A stretch of 62,048 bases of DNA, filler included, from Dugesia japonica (GCA_001938525.1; 5 parts of 5 records of this genome joined end to end with filler, not necessarily neighbours in it), one strand, 5' to 3'; counted from the first letter of the whole stretch, positions 1 through 12,022 are shown. Numbers and translations are program-made. The notes: a model not told the origin generated them from the sequence alone.

Positions 1-990
1 GGGTAATTATCAAAAATCATTTAATAAATAATTCAGGAAAAATATAAAATTAACATTAAATCAATTTGACAAGAAAAATTATGTTGTATTAGGAAGCACA
101 CTAGATGTATATTTATACCTAGGAATGAAAATAAAAAAAATTCATTCCAAATATAAATTGAAAACAAACCCATGGTTTAAAGAATATGTTCACAAACTCA
201 TACAATTAAGAAAAGAAGCAAAAAGCAACGATGTTTTCGGGAACTACATTTATAAATTAATACTTAATGCATTTTATGGAAAGACCTTGGAAAGCATTAG
301 AAATAGGTGTAATGTTGAAATAGTTGACAATGATAGCGATTACCAGAAATATGCTAGTAAAAAAAATTTTAGATCGAGTAAAATATTTACATTAAAAGAT
401 TCTGGAGAAGCTGAATCTGCAGCAATGCATATGAGGAAAAGCAATTTAAAATACAAAAAATTTCCATACATTGGTTTTACTATTTTAGAGTATGCAAAGA
501 AAACAATGTATGATTTTATTTATGAATTACAACAAAAAATAGGACAAGAAAATTTCAAAATACATTACATTTCCATCTTTGTAGAAATAATTGGAAGAAA
601 TAATTTAACACAAGTTAAAAGTTTATTAGGAAATGAATTATTTCTGATGAAAGATGAAAAGCCCGATTCTGAAATAATAAAATGTAACTTTATAAAAGCA
701 AAAAGTTATATAATTGAAGACCACAAGAGAAATATAGAAACAAAACACAAGGCATATAGAAAATTAATAAAATTGAAATGGAACATTTTGATAAGGCTCT
801 AAAAGATCAAACAGAAATAATTTATGGAACCAATTATTTTCTAAAATCTCATAAACACGAGATTGAACTAGTTGAGTAAAACAAAATAGCTCTAACAGGA
901 TATGATGATAAGAGAATAATTGAGGATAATGGTATAAGGACATGACTACAGGGCAATAAGTTTTATTGTGATGAATGGCATTTAAAATAA
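1..990 (+). pseudogene. Protein-primed family B DNA polymerase (pPolB), C-terminal half
   Basis: Motif B KLILNAFYGK, PYIGFTILEYAK and, after a frameshift near 750, KIALTGYDDKRII. Motif C reads IHYISIF, so the catalytic DTD is missing. Confidence 0.9.
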
Positions 991-1084
991 TAATAATTTA
1001 ATTGGGTGCTTACAAAACCCAAGCAGTGGGTTGTAAAACATTTTAGGATAAAAGGGCATTTTCTTCGCAAACACAAATCTATAA

Positions 1085-1674
1085 ATTAAATTTACTTTTT
1101 AAATCATTAATAATTTTATTTTGATTATTTAAAATTTCCATAATATCATCTTTAGGTTTCTTTTGGACTTTAGTTTTTAAAATTATTTCATGAACTTGTT
1201 TAACCATATTTTTACTGATAGCAATTTCTTTATCTGTTAAAATTTCATCCTTTACAGCTTTTTGTTGAAATAAAATAATTTATTTTTTCAGCTTCCAAAT
1301 CTTTTATTAATTTTTCATCTCTTTTTTCTAGATTTCACGAAAGATGAATTTAAAGCTCCAACAAATGGTATAATTGAAATTAATCCTGTAGCTAAAGGAA
1401 TTCCAATTACACCCAAAGTTATTCCAACTGGTGTAATCAAAATTATTCCACCAACTCCAATACAACTTCCGATAAATATTTGTGAAAATTTTAATCCATT
1501 ATCTACTTTTGACCATCTTTTATAAATCTTGCTATGTTTTATTTCGTCTTTGATGTAATACAAATCATTTTCAAAATCTCTAATTCTACAAGTTGACAAT
1601 TTATTTTTCAAATCCAAAATTGTAAATTCTTGCATGGAATCTAAATTTGGATACAAACGTTTTTCATCATCCAT
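1085..1674 (-). pseudogene. Maverick membrane protein resembling the adintovirus 'GasderminX' type
   Basis: MDDEKRLYPNL, then HSKIYKRW, a Gly-rich hydrophobic hairpin and, past stops, KAVKDEILTDKEI. Assignment is from remembered family pattern only. Confidence 0.45.
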
Positions 1675-2581
1675 TTTAGTTAATGGAAAAATGGAATATA
1701 ATTCTCGAGCTAGTTTTTCATATTTTAAAATAATAATTTTATCAAGGTAAATTTTTTCGGATATAATCATCTTGATATTATTTATAAAATTTGGTTTCTT
1801 GATAACTTGTAGTGGTGAGATGGGTTTTATAATTTCTTTACTTGTTATAAAAATTTTAAATATTTTTTTCTAGTAAAATCATTTTTAAATACTGTAGTAA
1901 AATTATCAAGTGTAATACTAATTTCAAAATGTGGTACATCATAATAACCTTGAAATACAAAATTAAAAGGTTCAAAAATTTGACCTGTAAATCTAATTGC
2001 TAAAGGTATTTCTAAAAACCATAATAAAACATTAGCAATAGTTACAAATTTACCATTTCTTTTAAATTCAACTGTAAATATAGGATTAGAAAATGAATAA
2101 AATACAAAATCTTTATTATTATATTTTTTACAAACAATAGTAAAAATAACATCATCTTTATATTTTTTTATGAAAAAAAATTTACAATTCCATAAATGGT
2201 AAATAATTATCATTCATTTCTTTTAAATTACTTAGTGCATCTTTATTATAAGGTTTTCCAAGAGATTTTTGATTTTTGAATTCTCTAATAGAATTATTAA
2301 TTTTTCCAAGATGATATTTATGAAGATGTTGCTTTATTTTTTCAAATTCTACAATTAAAATATTTAAAGTATTCTTTTTTTCTTCTCTTTTTTTATTCTT
2401 TCTTCTTCTTGTATTTCAAAATTATAATAGATCTCAAAATTTTCGATTTTAAGTAAAATATCATCATAAGTTTTAAAATCAAGAGGATCAACATAAAGTT
2501 TCATTTCTTCTTGTTATTTAATAATTTCATTAAAATAATCTTTTGGTGTTGGTATCCGCTATAATAATGTGTTTTATTTAT

Positions 2582-2881
2582 CTAGTAATATTTTTTTTGA
2601 TAAATCATAGGTTGCCCTTCTTTTTTTTGAACTGGTTTATTTAAATTAATTTTCTTTACAAGTTCATCTACACGTTTTTGTAATTTGTTAAAATGTTGTA
2701 AATTAACTGCATCTAATAAATTTTTTGGATCATTTTTAATTTGTAAACTTACGATTGAATCTCCAATTTCGTTGACAAATTTATTTTCATTTTCTACATT
2801 TGATAATTTTATTTTTGCATCAACATGTTTCATTACTTGAAAAGTATTTACACTAAATAAACTTTCTCCAAATTTATTCAT
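2582..2881 (-). CDS. Small Maverick ORF, possible fiber/spike-like remnant
   Basis: MNKFG start and GDSI...NDPKNLLDAVN neck-like motif, downstream of the protease. Confidence 0.35.
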   Translation of the reverse strand: MNKFGESLFSVNTFQVMKHVDAKIKLSNVENENKFVNEIGDSIVSLQIKNDPKNLLDAVNLQHFNKLQKRVDELVKKINLNKPVQKKEGQPMIYQKKYY

Positions 2882-2958
2882 CTCCTTTTTATTTTATTAA
2901 ATTATTATACATTTCTTCCATTTCTTGAATTATATTTTCAAAACTTTCTGTTGGGATT

Positions 2959-3357
2959 TTATACAAAAAGTAAAATACAAAGAATTCCACAAATTTTCAC
3001 ATCAAAAGGTTGAACTTGAATTTTATTATATTTTTTCATCAAAGGTTCAATTTCATCAAATGGTTTTAATCCAAAAGAATCAAAATAAATACCGTTGGTA
3101 AATTCAACCCAATGATTTCCTTTTTGATTTGAATTTTGATAATTAATAATGTATGGTTTATTTATAAACCGATTTACATCTTTTAAGGTTCCATTATTTA
3201 TAGATGCCAAAGGCACTTCATCTTTCATCAAAATTTCCAATTTTAAATGTAAAAATTCTGCAATAGAAAACAAATCAAAATTTGATGTTGTATTTATTCC
3301 AAAGGTTTTTAAAAAATCAATCAAGTTATAGGACGAAGTTAAGCATCGCTCGGGCAT
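2959..3357 (-). CDS. Adenain-like cysteine protease (Maverick PRO)
   Basis: YIINYQ..GNHWV (His), YFDSFG (Asp), VQP (Gln) and ICGILC (Cys) occur in canonical order. Confidence 0.88.
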   Translation of the reverse strand: MPERCLTSSYNLIDFLKTFGINTTSNFDLFSIAEFLHLKLEILMKDEVPLASINNGTLKDVNRFINKPYIINYQNSNQKGNHWVEFTNGIYFDSFGLKPFDEIEPLMKKYNKIQVQPFDVKICGILCILLFV

Positions 3358-4016
3358 TTTCTTAAATGAACAAATAAAGAAATTGTTTCTTGGTTAAAAT
3401 CTATAGTATTGAAATTTTCATCCACAATATTAAAAATTAAAGAATCAATATATTTGGTATTTATTTTTGAATAAATTGTAGTAGAATGTCTTTCAACAAT
3501 TTTAAAACCAAAAGGAACAGTATTTACAGGAAAAGAGTACAAAAGATTTATTTGATTGGTTTCTCCAGGTGGTGATTTTATATAATTTCCTTTTACCAAG
3601 TTACAAGTAATATTTACCATGTTTACATTACAAATGTCAATTTTTTTATCTGAATAATAATCTCCTGGTTTATATTCCTTTACTGAAAAACCCAACATTT
3701 TATGAAAAAATGATGCTTCATCAAATTTTATTGTTGCTTTTGTTTTCAGAGTACATTTTGTTGTAGAAGTATCTGCAATAATTTCTATTCCATGTTTTTC
3801 CAATCGATTTGAAATTTCTTTAATTTCATATTCTCCAGGTTCAACTTTAACAATTTCGTTATATTTTGTAAAATGGTTATTTTTACTTGTGACATTAAAA
3901 ATTATATTGTAACATGTAACAAGTTCATGTTCTGAATTTAAATCCAGATCTAAAGAAATTTTTAAATCTAGTTTTAAATCTTGTTCATGTCCAACTACTA
4001 AAAATTGGTGAGACAT
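3339..4016 (-). CDS. Minor capsid protein (penton, single jelly-roll)
   Basis: NVTSKNNHF, PGEYEIKEI, MLGF, ITCNLVKGNY, LYSFP..VPFGFKIVE and IVDENFNTIDF motifs typical of Maverick/adintovirus penton. Overlaps the PRO start. Confidence 0.85.
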   Translation of the reverse strand: MSHQFLVVGHEQDLKLDLKISLDLDLNSEHELVTCYNIIFNVTSKNNHFTKYNEIVKVEPGEYEIKEISNRLEKHGIEIIADTSTTKCTLKTKATIKFDEASFFHKMLGFSVKEYKPGDYYSDKKIDICNVNMVNITCNLVKGNYIKSPPGETNQINLLYSFPVNTVPFGFKIVERHSTTIYSKINTKYIDSLIFNIVDENFNTIDFNQETISLFVHLRKCPSDA

Positions 4017-4022
4017 TTATTA

Positions 4023-5010
4023 CTACCTTTTTATTGCATCCTTGTATTTATTATAAACATCTCGTGAAATTAATCCCATTATTTTTAAATTTTTACAAAT
4101 TGATTTTATTTCAACATCTAAATTATTGTGTCCCGCTTTTACTGCTGAAATTAATAAAGTTAATTTTTCAAATAAATTTACTGGTGATAATCCATCACGT
4201 ACAGTTTCTGATGATGTTTTATAATCTGATGAAGTTTGTTTTAGACTCCTTGGGATTGGATGTTTTAAAATAGATCTATCTGACATTGGAGTTGGGATTT
4301 TTTCTTTTTTAGTTTTTGGTTTTTTAAAAGTAGATTTCGGAACCAAGTTTTCAGATTCACCTTCATCTTCCGTTTTTATTGATTCCTTTTTTAGTGTAAC
4401 ATCAAACCTCGTAAGTTTTTTCTTTAATAGATTACAATATTTACTACCAGGTAAAGTGGGAAAAATTATTTTATTTAAATAAATATCAATGGCTTCTTTT
4501 GTTTCAGCTCCATCAATATTACCTAGAATTAAATTAAATAGATTATCAGAATACGGAATAATTTCCATGTTAAATGAAAAATATTGTTTTGGAGTTACTT
4601 CGGTGACATCCTCGAATAAATATATTTTATTTTTGTTACAAGTTATTTCCATAATTTTTTTTCAACCCCATCAGAAGATGTAATAATTGATTCGCTAAAT
4701 CTAGGGTGAGTTACTCTAGTTTTAAAATTAGTATTAAGATTATTAATTGAAATTTCTGGTGTAAATGGTGTTATGTTTTCTTTTGATAAAAGCTTTGTTA
4801 TATAGGATTTTATTAAATCTTCTGGAAATAAATCCTCATGGGCTTTTTGACTTGAATCCTTTGTGTTTAGGCTGGATCCATTTTAATTTTTTTCAATTGC
4901 TTTAATAGTTAGTAATTGTTGAATTTTTAAATCATGTAAAATTTTAGATTCGATAATTTGACCTGTAAAACAATTATTATAATTTTTTTGAGTTTTAATA
5001 AAATCTTTCA
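4023..5010 (-). pseudogene. Conserved Maverick ORF upstream of penton, frameshifted
   Basis: C-terminal PVNLFEKLTLLISAVKAGHNN..EIKSI motif. ILGNIDGAETKEAI is homologous to ILGNQDGLETREDI near 58470. Confidence 0.7.
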
Positions 5011-5015
5011 ATTGT

Positions 5016-5556
5016 TTAATTCTGGTTTTCACTTCCATTTTGATAAGGATTTAAATGTAAACCATTTCTATTGTGATAATATTTAAAATATAAACCATCA
5101 CCTTGGATTTCTATTTCAATTCCCTTTATAAAACCTTGAGTAATTTTTTTAAAAGAGGGATCTGTGATCCCATTTTTTAAATATTTGTGAATCACAGAAC
5201 CTTGGTAAGGATTTAAAAATATACCACTTCCAACAGTGCCGTCACCAGACGCTTGCTTTTTTAATTGATTATCTAAAAGTTCAATTTCTTTTTGTTTTTT
5301 AATTGAATCCCGGGAATTACTTACGGTGCCTGCTATGGCTCCGGCTGGGCCAGCTGCAGTTCCAATTCTTGCAATTATTCCCGGATACAAAGCCAACAAT
5401 GGAAGTATTCCATCTTCAGTTTTATTAGTTTGTTTTTTTTATTTTTTGTTTAACTTGTTTACTAATCCAATAATTTTTTCCATTTATCTTTATAGATTTA
5501 CATTTGTTTGAATTTATTATTTTTTGTAATTCTTGTTCTGTCGTTTCTTTCATCAT
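5016..5556 (-). pseudogene. Putative virion core protein
   Basis: Basic N-terminus, GILPLLA, Ala/Gly-rich stretch and repeated G(S)GIFLNPY/GLHLNPY motifs. Homologous to 57561-58010. Confidence 0.6.
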
Positions 5557-5640
5557 TTTATATAGTAAAATTTTAACAAGGTATAATTTTTACATTTAGA
5601 GTCTTTTGTGTCTTTAGTCTTTTGGTCGTTTTATTTTGTT

Positions 5641-5701
5641 CTTGTAAGACCTAAAAATATGGGGTCTTGTAAGACCTAAAAATATGGGATCTTGTAAGAC
5701 C
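5641..5701. repeat. 25-bp tandem repeat (about 2.4 units) in a divergent intergenic region
   Basis: cttgtaagacctaaaaatatggg(g/a)t repeated; a unit junction forms the palindrome GGTCTT-gt-AAGACC. Confidence 0.9.
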
Positions 5702-5761
5702 AGGTGGGTATCTTTGGATCTTTATAAAAAAAGTCATACGATTAAAAAATATCTATATAAA

Positions 5762-6727
5762 ATGGAAGACTATTTAAAACAAGCAAATGAAATGATTGAA
5801 GAAGTTTTGAATTTTCAAAAACTGTTCTCTTGTGAAACATGTAAAAATAACTTTGAAAAATATATTCAAAATAATTTGGATGAAAGAATTATAAAAGCCT
5901 GTAAAGATCAGACGGACTCCAAACACCAAAAAACTTTGATGAAGATTTTTTGATGAAATAACTCGTGAGGATTTTATTGAAAAACCGATAAAACCGACTG
6001 AAGAACAAGAATTTAGTGAAGAGTTTATGGAAGAATTATATAAAAAATATTTGGGATTAACTAAATACTCTACAACTCAAGAATTAACATCTTATAAAAG
6101 CTCGTTAGTATATTTAGATAAAGAAAATAAAAAGTAGGAACTTGAAACCGAAGGCTAAGAAGGATTCCAAGAATCACAATCTGAAAGTGATGAACATTTT
6201 GACCCAAAACCACTTATTCCTGAAATTGCCACAAGTTTTAATCGACTTTTAGGTGCAAAAAGGAATAAATTTGATGTACAAACATTTAAAAGCGAATTTA
6301 GTAAATCAGTTAACTTTGTGATTGAAAAATATAATTTGAGTGAATATAATAAAGATGAATATAAAAATCTTTGTAAATCTTACATTTCACACACTTCAGA
6401 AAATTTGTTGAAAAATATTAAAGAATAGCATAAATTTTAACTATAGGAAAAAAAATTACTTTAACTAGTTATGCTCAATTAAGTGCATTACTATTTGCAT
6501 TTAAAAGTAAAGTTAAATCTGATAAAATGTTAGAACAATATTTAAAATCTAGGGGTATCAACTATAAAATTAATTATGTAAATAAATTTATTAGATTTAG
6601 TAAGTTGGTAGAAAAATTTCCACAAGTAGTTGAAACTAATTTTACATTTTCAAATATCATAGATAATTTTAAAGTTGTACAAGAAATTTCATATACTGTT
6701 GAAAGACAAAAAAGTAGTATTTATTAA
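5762..6727 (+). pseudogene. Maverick ORF of unknown function (CxxC, acidic middle), disrupted
   Basis: SCETCK near the N-terminus and MLEQYLKSRGINYK near the end. Homologous to 56690-57385 (LCDDCK; MEMYLQSIGINYK). Confidence 0.65.
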
Positions 6728-6769
6728 GGCTCAAACGAGTCTTCCATAATTTCATCAGTTTCTCTGTTT

Positions 6770-7200
6770 AAATAATAATAATTATATTTAGTTTTCCAAT
6801 GTAGGTTTACTTGATAATCATATTCTTGTTTAGTTTAAAAAATATTACTATATAAATCATGATAAATAATATCCTTGTCAGTTTTGTTTAATTTAAAAAA
6901 TATTTAACAATCACTATTATTTCTTATCGAATTTTTATCAAGGTTAAAATAAGTTTCTGAAATATAAATTACATTATAATTGGAATAACGACCTCGAGTA
7001 AAATAATTTTTTTGTATTTCTTTATTTTTTATGATTTACCACATCATCGAAAATTATTAAGTTTTATTTATCCTTTCTGAGTTTATCACAAGGAATAATT
7101 TTATTTGGTTTATTGCTTAAAGTTACATTTATAGATTGTGGTTTTACTGTTGTCATTTTCTTGTCGATGAAAAATTTCAAAATTTGTGTTGGTGTTTCCC
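6770..7200 (-). pseudogene. A32/FtsK-like packaging ATPase, C-terminal half only
   Basis: Reverse strand gives NLIIFDDVV (Walker B) and FTRGRYSNYNVIYISETY. The Walker A half is deleted. Confidence 0.85.
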
Positions 7201-8440
7201 AAGAATTTGTTTACCTTGTAAATCACTAATTCCAAAAGTCCAAGGATTTGTTTTGTAAATTTTTGTTATTACAAATATTTCTTCTGTCCATTCAAAAGTA
7301 TAACCTTTTTCAAATGTATTTTTGTAAGCCATTAATCTTAGTCGATCTCCAATTTTGAATTTTTGATTTAAATTTTCATTTTCATTATTATGTTTTTCAA
7401 TTTGTTGTTTTATCATTTCTGGATTTAATGTTGCTTCTAAAGGTGTAACTTGGATTAATGAATGAATTGTATTAATATAATTATTTACAATTTCTTGTAA
7501 CAATTGATCATGAACATTTTGATTCCCAACAGTAGTAAAATGTTTAAACAATTTATTTTTAAGTCTTCTATTAAATATTTCTATTACAACTGCTTTACCT
7601 TCATTTTGAGTTGAATACAAATTAATATTATTCTTGGTACAAAACGATTGAAATATTTTGTTGTAAAATTCTTTTCCATTATCAGTCCATAAATCTATTA
7701 TTATCATCAATAATCTTTTCAAAAGCATCTTTTACAGAAGTTCCAGTTTTACTATTACAAATTTCTATAAAAGCAAATCTTGTATACAAATCAATTACTG
7801 TCAAAATTACCATTTTATTTTTTCGTCCTTGTCCATGAAAAATTAAATCTGCTGACAAATTTTCATGTTTTCCTTTTATGATTACTTTTAGAAAATGTTT
7901 TGGTTTTCTATATTCATGATGTAATTCGCTTGATAATATGAAGCGAATGGAATGAGCTCCTTGTTTAGTTTTAAATTTAGAAAATGTCATTCCAGAACCC
8001 TGGTTTGAAATAATGGCCCCTGGGCCATGTTTATTTTCATTTTTATAGGTTTCAGGATTAAAGGTGGATCTCACTACGCTCGATCCGATTATTTTACCTT
8101 TCATTGCTAATTTTACAAGAGTTCTTTGCATTTTTTCAATCAAAGTTGGATTTTCAATATTGTTCAAATCATGAATTAAATTTACATCTGCAATAAGGCG
8201 ATCTCTAATATCAGTAGAAATATAAGCAAGATCATGTTTTAATGCAGCTTCATCAACTTTATTAATTGGTTCTTCTCCAGGTTTAGGATTACTTTTGGAA
8301 TCTAATCTTAAATCTAATCTAGTTCCTGGTCCAGTGTAATTATGTTTAAATAAATGTTGCTCTCTAGTATATTTTTCAAAAGTAAAAGGTTTTAATAAGT
8401 TTGATGTAATTTTAGAAGATTGATGGTCACCACCATTATT
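7195..8440 (-). pseudogene. PLA2-domain / rve integrase fusion protein (frameshift near 7700)
   Basis: HNYTGPGT..DEAALKHDLAY..RLIAD (parvovirus-type PLA2) is in frame with ELHHEY..SADL..VIDLYTRFAF. The frame continues as WTDNGKEFYN..VIEIFNR..FKIGDRLR. Confidence 0.9.
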
Positions 8441-9300
8441 TAACGTAAGTTTTCTTACTTTATTACCTGGAATGCTTTGATGTTCTGCCACTACAGGTAA
8501 ATCATTGAGATAATCTTGTATTTCTGGTTGGATTATCATGTTTACCTCTAAAGTATATCCTTAGTATAATCGTCTTAGATTCTATTAATACTGATTCTAA
8601 ACCAGTATGTACCCATTTGAAATATTTAAATGGCCGTTTCAGGCTAAAATCTCATCTATATAGATTAGACTTTCACTAGTGGTGACATGGTGTTAATTAA
8701 TAAATGTCAATCCTCCTCTTACTATAATTTCTAAAAAGGTGTACATACAATTGTCGGTCTACAGTTGCATGGATTCATTCAATGACATGAAGGTTGATAA
8801 TTAACTCATATCTGATATGCTAAAGAAATTCAATGGCTCTAAGTTATTATGTAATAACGATTTAAACTTAAACTGTTATAAATAATCTGCCAATAAATAC
8901 ACATTCAGCTTTAAATAAATCATTATATAGCCCAGAAAATATTTGCAATTTGTTATTATCCATATTTTTAGTGTTTTCTCTTACGTTTTATTGATTTTAT
9001 CCAATCTAGGTAGAATTTATTTTGTTTCAACTGGACTTTGCAAACTGGTTGTATAATTATATGAGAATATTCCCGTAGATGCTGTTATTATTCTATCTTT
9101 AAATTCGTTTAACGAAAAAGGTGTCTTGTTTAAGGACTTTACCACTAAAGCAAGGGATGAGTTTATAAATTGATATGAAACTAAAAACTTTATTATAACC
9201 AATTTGATTTCATTTATTATCTACATACATGACTGAATTTTGTTTTATATTGATTTTCGTTATTTAAAGCACTCCATCAATTACTATTAAAATTCTTGAT
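8441..9300 (-). pseudogene. Second, heavily decayed pPolB (middle part) from another Polinton
   Basis: Fragments IKFLVSYQFINSSL, GIFSYNY, YLKLNVYLLAD, MYTFLEIIVRGG, LIYID and GYTLEVNMIIQPEIQDYLNDLP occur in the expected order. Confidence 0.75.
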
Positions 9301-9329
9301 AAATGTTGCAGGTGATATTTTCGAAATTC

Positions 9330-10000
9330 TTACATGATCAGAAACTTTATATTTTTGGTTTTAATTGACTTTGGTTGTTTTCGTGATAACCATAATTTTA
9401 ATTGATTTTTTCTACTTACATCAATCTATCTTGCTCCATTCAATCCTTTATGAGATGAATGATTATAACTATGAATAAGTTTTAACAACAAATGCATCCA
9501 GGTTTTATTACTAGAATGCACAAAGTATTTCTTTGATGCATCTCTCAATGTACGATTAAAGTCCTCTACATGTATAACTTTATACTGTGAGGATACATTA
9601 TAATGTTTCATTTTTATATGAATAATACAATATATCACTTTTAACTTGTAAAATTAGTTACCAACATCCTTTTTAAATTATTTGGTGGCCATTTTCAAAC
9701 ATTGCCTTGATTGTTGGTTCTATATCATTAGATAATTTTTATTTGACTACAATAGCTCTAGCAACTCTACTAAATCATCAATACATGTCCAAGTACAACA
9801 TCAGACTTTACTTACAAGTCTTTTACAGTCTTGTCAACAACTTTTACTTGAGCATACATCATAGTATCATTTAAATACAAATAATCAGTTTGCAACCCAT
9901 TTAAAAAAAACTATATATCATTTGTACTTTCGAAAATTGTATTCATTGGAAACACATCTTTAAATACTCTGTATTCAATAACACCTTGAAGAGATGGATG
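9330..10000 (-). pseudogene. Second, decayed Polinton-type rve integrase
   Basis: VEDFNRTLRDASKKYF..WMHLLLKLIHSYNHSSHKGL. Confidence 0.75.
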
Positions 10001-11146
10001 GTCAAAAATGCAAAATTCAGATTTTCCACAAATCATTAGGAAATATGATTTTACATATTTTCAATTTTATGTTTATACCCACCAAGATAGAATTCTTACG
10101 TTTTATTCCAGTTTTTTAGGATTTCCTTCATCCCTTGGTCTGGACATTATTTTTAATAGTTCACCCAAATCCATAAAGTTCTTGAATTCATTCATTACAA
10201 TTGTTTTTAGTGATGGTGAAAGTTTTGCTTTATTATTTATTATATACTGTGCTTTTTCATTCTAATTGTACCAATATGTCTAATGCAAATTGGCCAGTTA
10301 TTTGCAACCATCCAAATACATATTGTTGTCCTTCAAAGTGTGGTAATTCAACACCAGATTGTCCAGTACTATTTAATGCTAAAATGTTAGGATTAGACAT
10401 TTATTTTTCTAAAATGTAATGTTAAATGAGTTTTTGCATCATGAACAAAGTTCATTAAATATCCACTGTCATCAAGTATATTGATTTATATTGGTTTATA
10501 CATGATGTTGAAATTGGTAATTATATTAAATTCTTGACTATTATTTCAATTAGTTGATCATTTCCATAACTCTCCAACCATACAAATTTCAACAAAGGAA
10601 CATTTACATCACCAACAATTATAGGTTCAACAGTTTGAGGATTGGTGATTATATTTGGATATTTGGTCTTTATGAGGTATACTTACATTACTTTGAATAT
10701 ATTTTTGTTTATCTAATCCCAAAGTCTTTGTCAGGATTCGGTCAAAGAATATTCTTTTAACATGTGTTTGCAGCATAAAAAATTAAATAGTTTATTTTAT
10801 TTTGTAGATTGTTTAAAGTCTTAACCATTTATCAGTTGACTGAGTCCTTACCTTTTTTTACTCTTTGTTGGTTTTTTCTTTGTCTTCGTCTTGCTCACAA
10901 TCTTTGAATGTCCGTTTGAATAAAGAAAATCAAGAAAGATGGTATTAGTGGTAAGCAACTAATGAAACGGTAAATGAAAATCAAGTACAATACACGAGAA
11001 GACGATTTCAATAACGTGAACTGACTTCGAAATAAAGCTGAAGTGTTGTATAAGAGTTCTGGAACCCAATCAAATTATCAAAAAGATACACAATATAGAG
11101 TATGTCCTGTATGTGAGGATACTTTAACTTAAAAAGGAATAACTTA

Positions 11147-11406
11147 GTGGAAAACAACAGAAACCGATATTCGAATTCCAGAAGATATGTTAATTCAAAT
11201 GCATCGATTAATCGTTTTGACGGAAGAGGATTTAAGAGAACGGAAAAGAATTTTCCACAAAGATCTAAACGATGCATGGCATGCAAAGAAGAAGGACATG
11301 TCAGAGTTAATTGTCCAAATGTAAAATGTTTGCAGTGTAACAGACCTGGACATTTTAAACATCAATGCTATGAGATTCGGGATATGAAAAGAAATTATCG
11401 TCAATA
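11147..11406 (+). mobile_element. LTR retrotransposon gag fragment (two zinc knuckles)
   Basis: CMACKEEGHVRVNC and CLQCNRPGHFKHQC (CX2CX4HX4C). Confidence 0.85.
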
Positions 11407-11506
11407 NNNNNNNNNNNNNNNNNNNNNNNNNNNNNNNNNNNNNNNNNNNNTTAATTAATTAANNNNNNNNNNNNNNNNNNNNNNNNNNNNNNNNNNNNNN
11501 NNNNNN
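11407..11506. other. Artificial scaffold spacer
   Basis: N44-TTAATTAATTAA-N44, with stops in all six frames. Confidence 0.97.
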
Positions 11507-11509
11507 AAT

Positions 11510-12022
11510 GAAACAAAGGCATGATCATCATGTGCCATTCCAAAAATAGGCACCAATAAATTGCCTAAAATATGAGAAAATTTCTAAAAATTGGTACCAA
11601 AACCAATAAGAAGCCAAAAGCTGAAAATAAAAATAACTGGCCAATGCCAAATAAGTCGGGGTGTCTGGTAAAATGGTATTTAAACCCCCTTGATTTTGAA
11701 CAAAAAGCAACAAAACGTCGATTATTTAGTTGTACCTTAGTGTATCAAATTTGTTAAATCAATAATTGAAGCTTTAATAGCGGAACTACTGTCAGAATAA
11801 ACTCTCTAAAATTCATAATCAGTTATCGCGCATCACGAAGGACTCGATCATATCGGAACATAATAGAGTAAATAGTCGTTAAATAAGTCACGATTAAACT
11901 TAATTTAAAAGAAAAGAAAAATGAGCCACAGAAGAAATCCGCTGTTCCTATCAGAATAATTCGAATATTGATAACAAGAAAATTAACGAGAACCGTTGCA
12001 GAAATTCCCGAGTTTAATACTG
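11510..12022 (-). pseudogene. Hydrophobic ORF remnant antisense to and upstream of the unknown cassette (copy A)
   Basis: YWFWYQFLEIF and, after a frameshift, WCLFLEWHM match YWFSCHFLQIF..WQLFLSGHM at 47570-47790. SATV is also shared. Both lie about 1.9 kb upstream of cassette ORF1. Confidence 0.55.

Larger units (their letters stand above)
1..8440. mobile_element. Maverick/Polinton (adintovirus-like) endogenous virus, copy 1, partial and decayed
   Basis: Cluster of pPolB, adenain-like protease, minor capsid, ATPase and rve integrase reading frames. Gene order matches the copy at 51700-58545. No termini are visible. Confidence 0.93.

Noticed and set aside
5641-5701. CRISPR-like repeat
   Set aside because: Units are contiguous with no unique spacers; the context is eukaryotic and there are no cas genes.
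10150-10800. Possible capsid remnant of the older Polinton
   Set aside because: Looks like decayed minus-strand coding sequence, but no diagnostic motif could be read.
11407-11506. TTAATTAATTAA palindrome recurring four times
   Set aside because: Always centred in exactly 100 nt of N padding. It is an assembly linker, so adjacency across it has no biological meaning.
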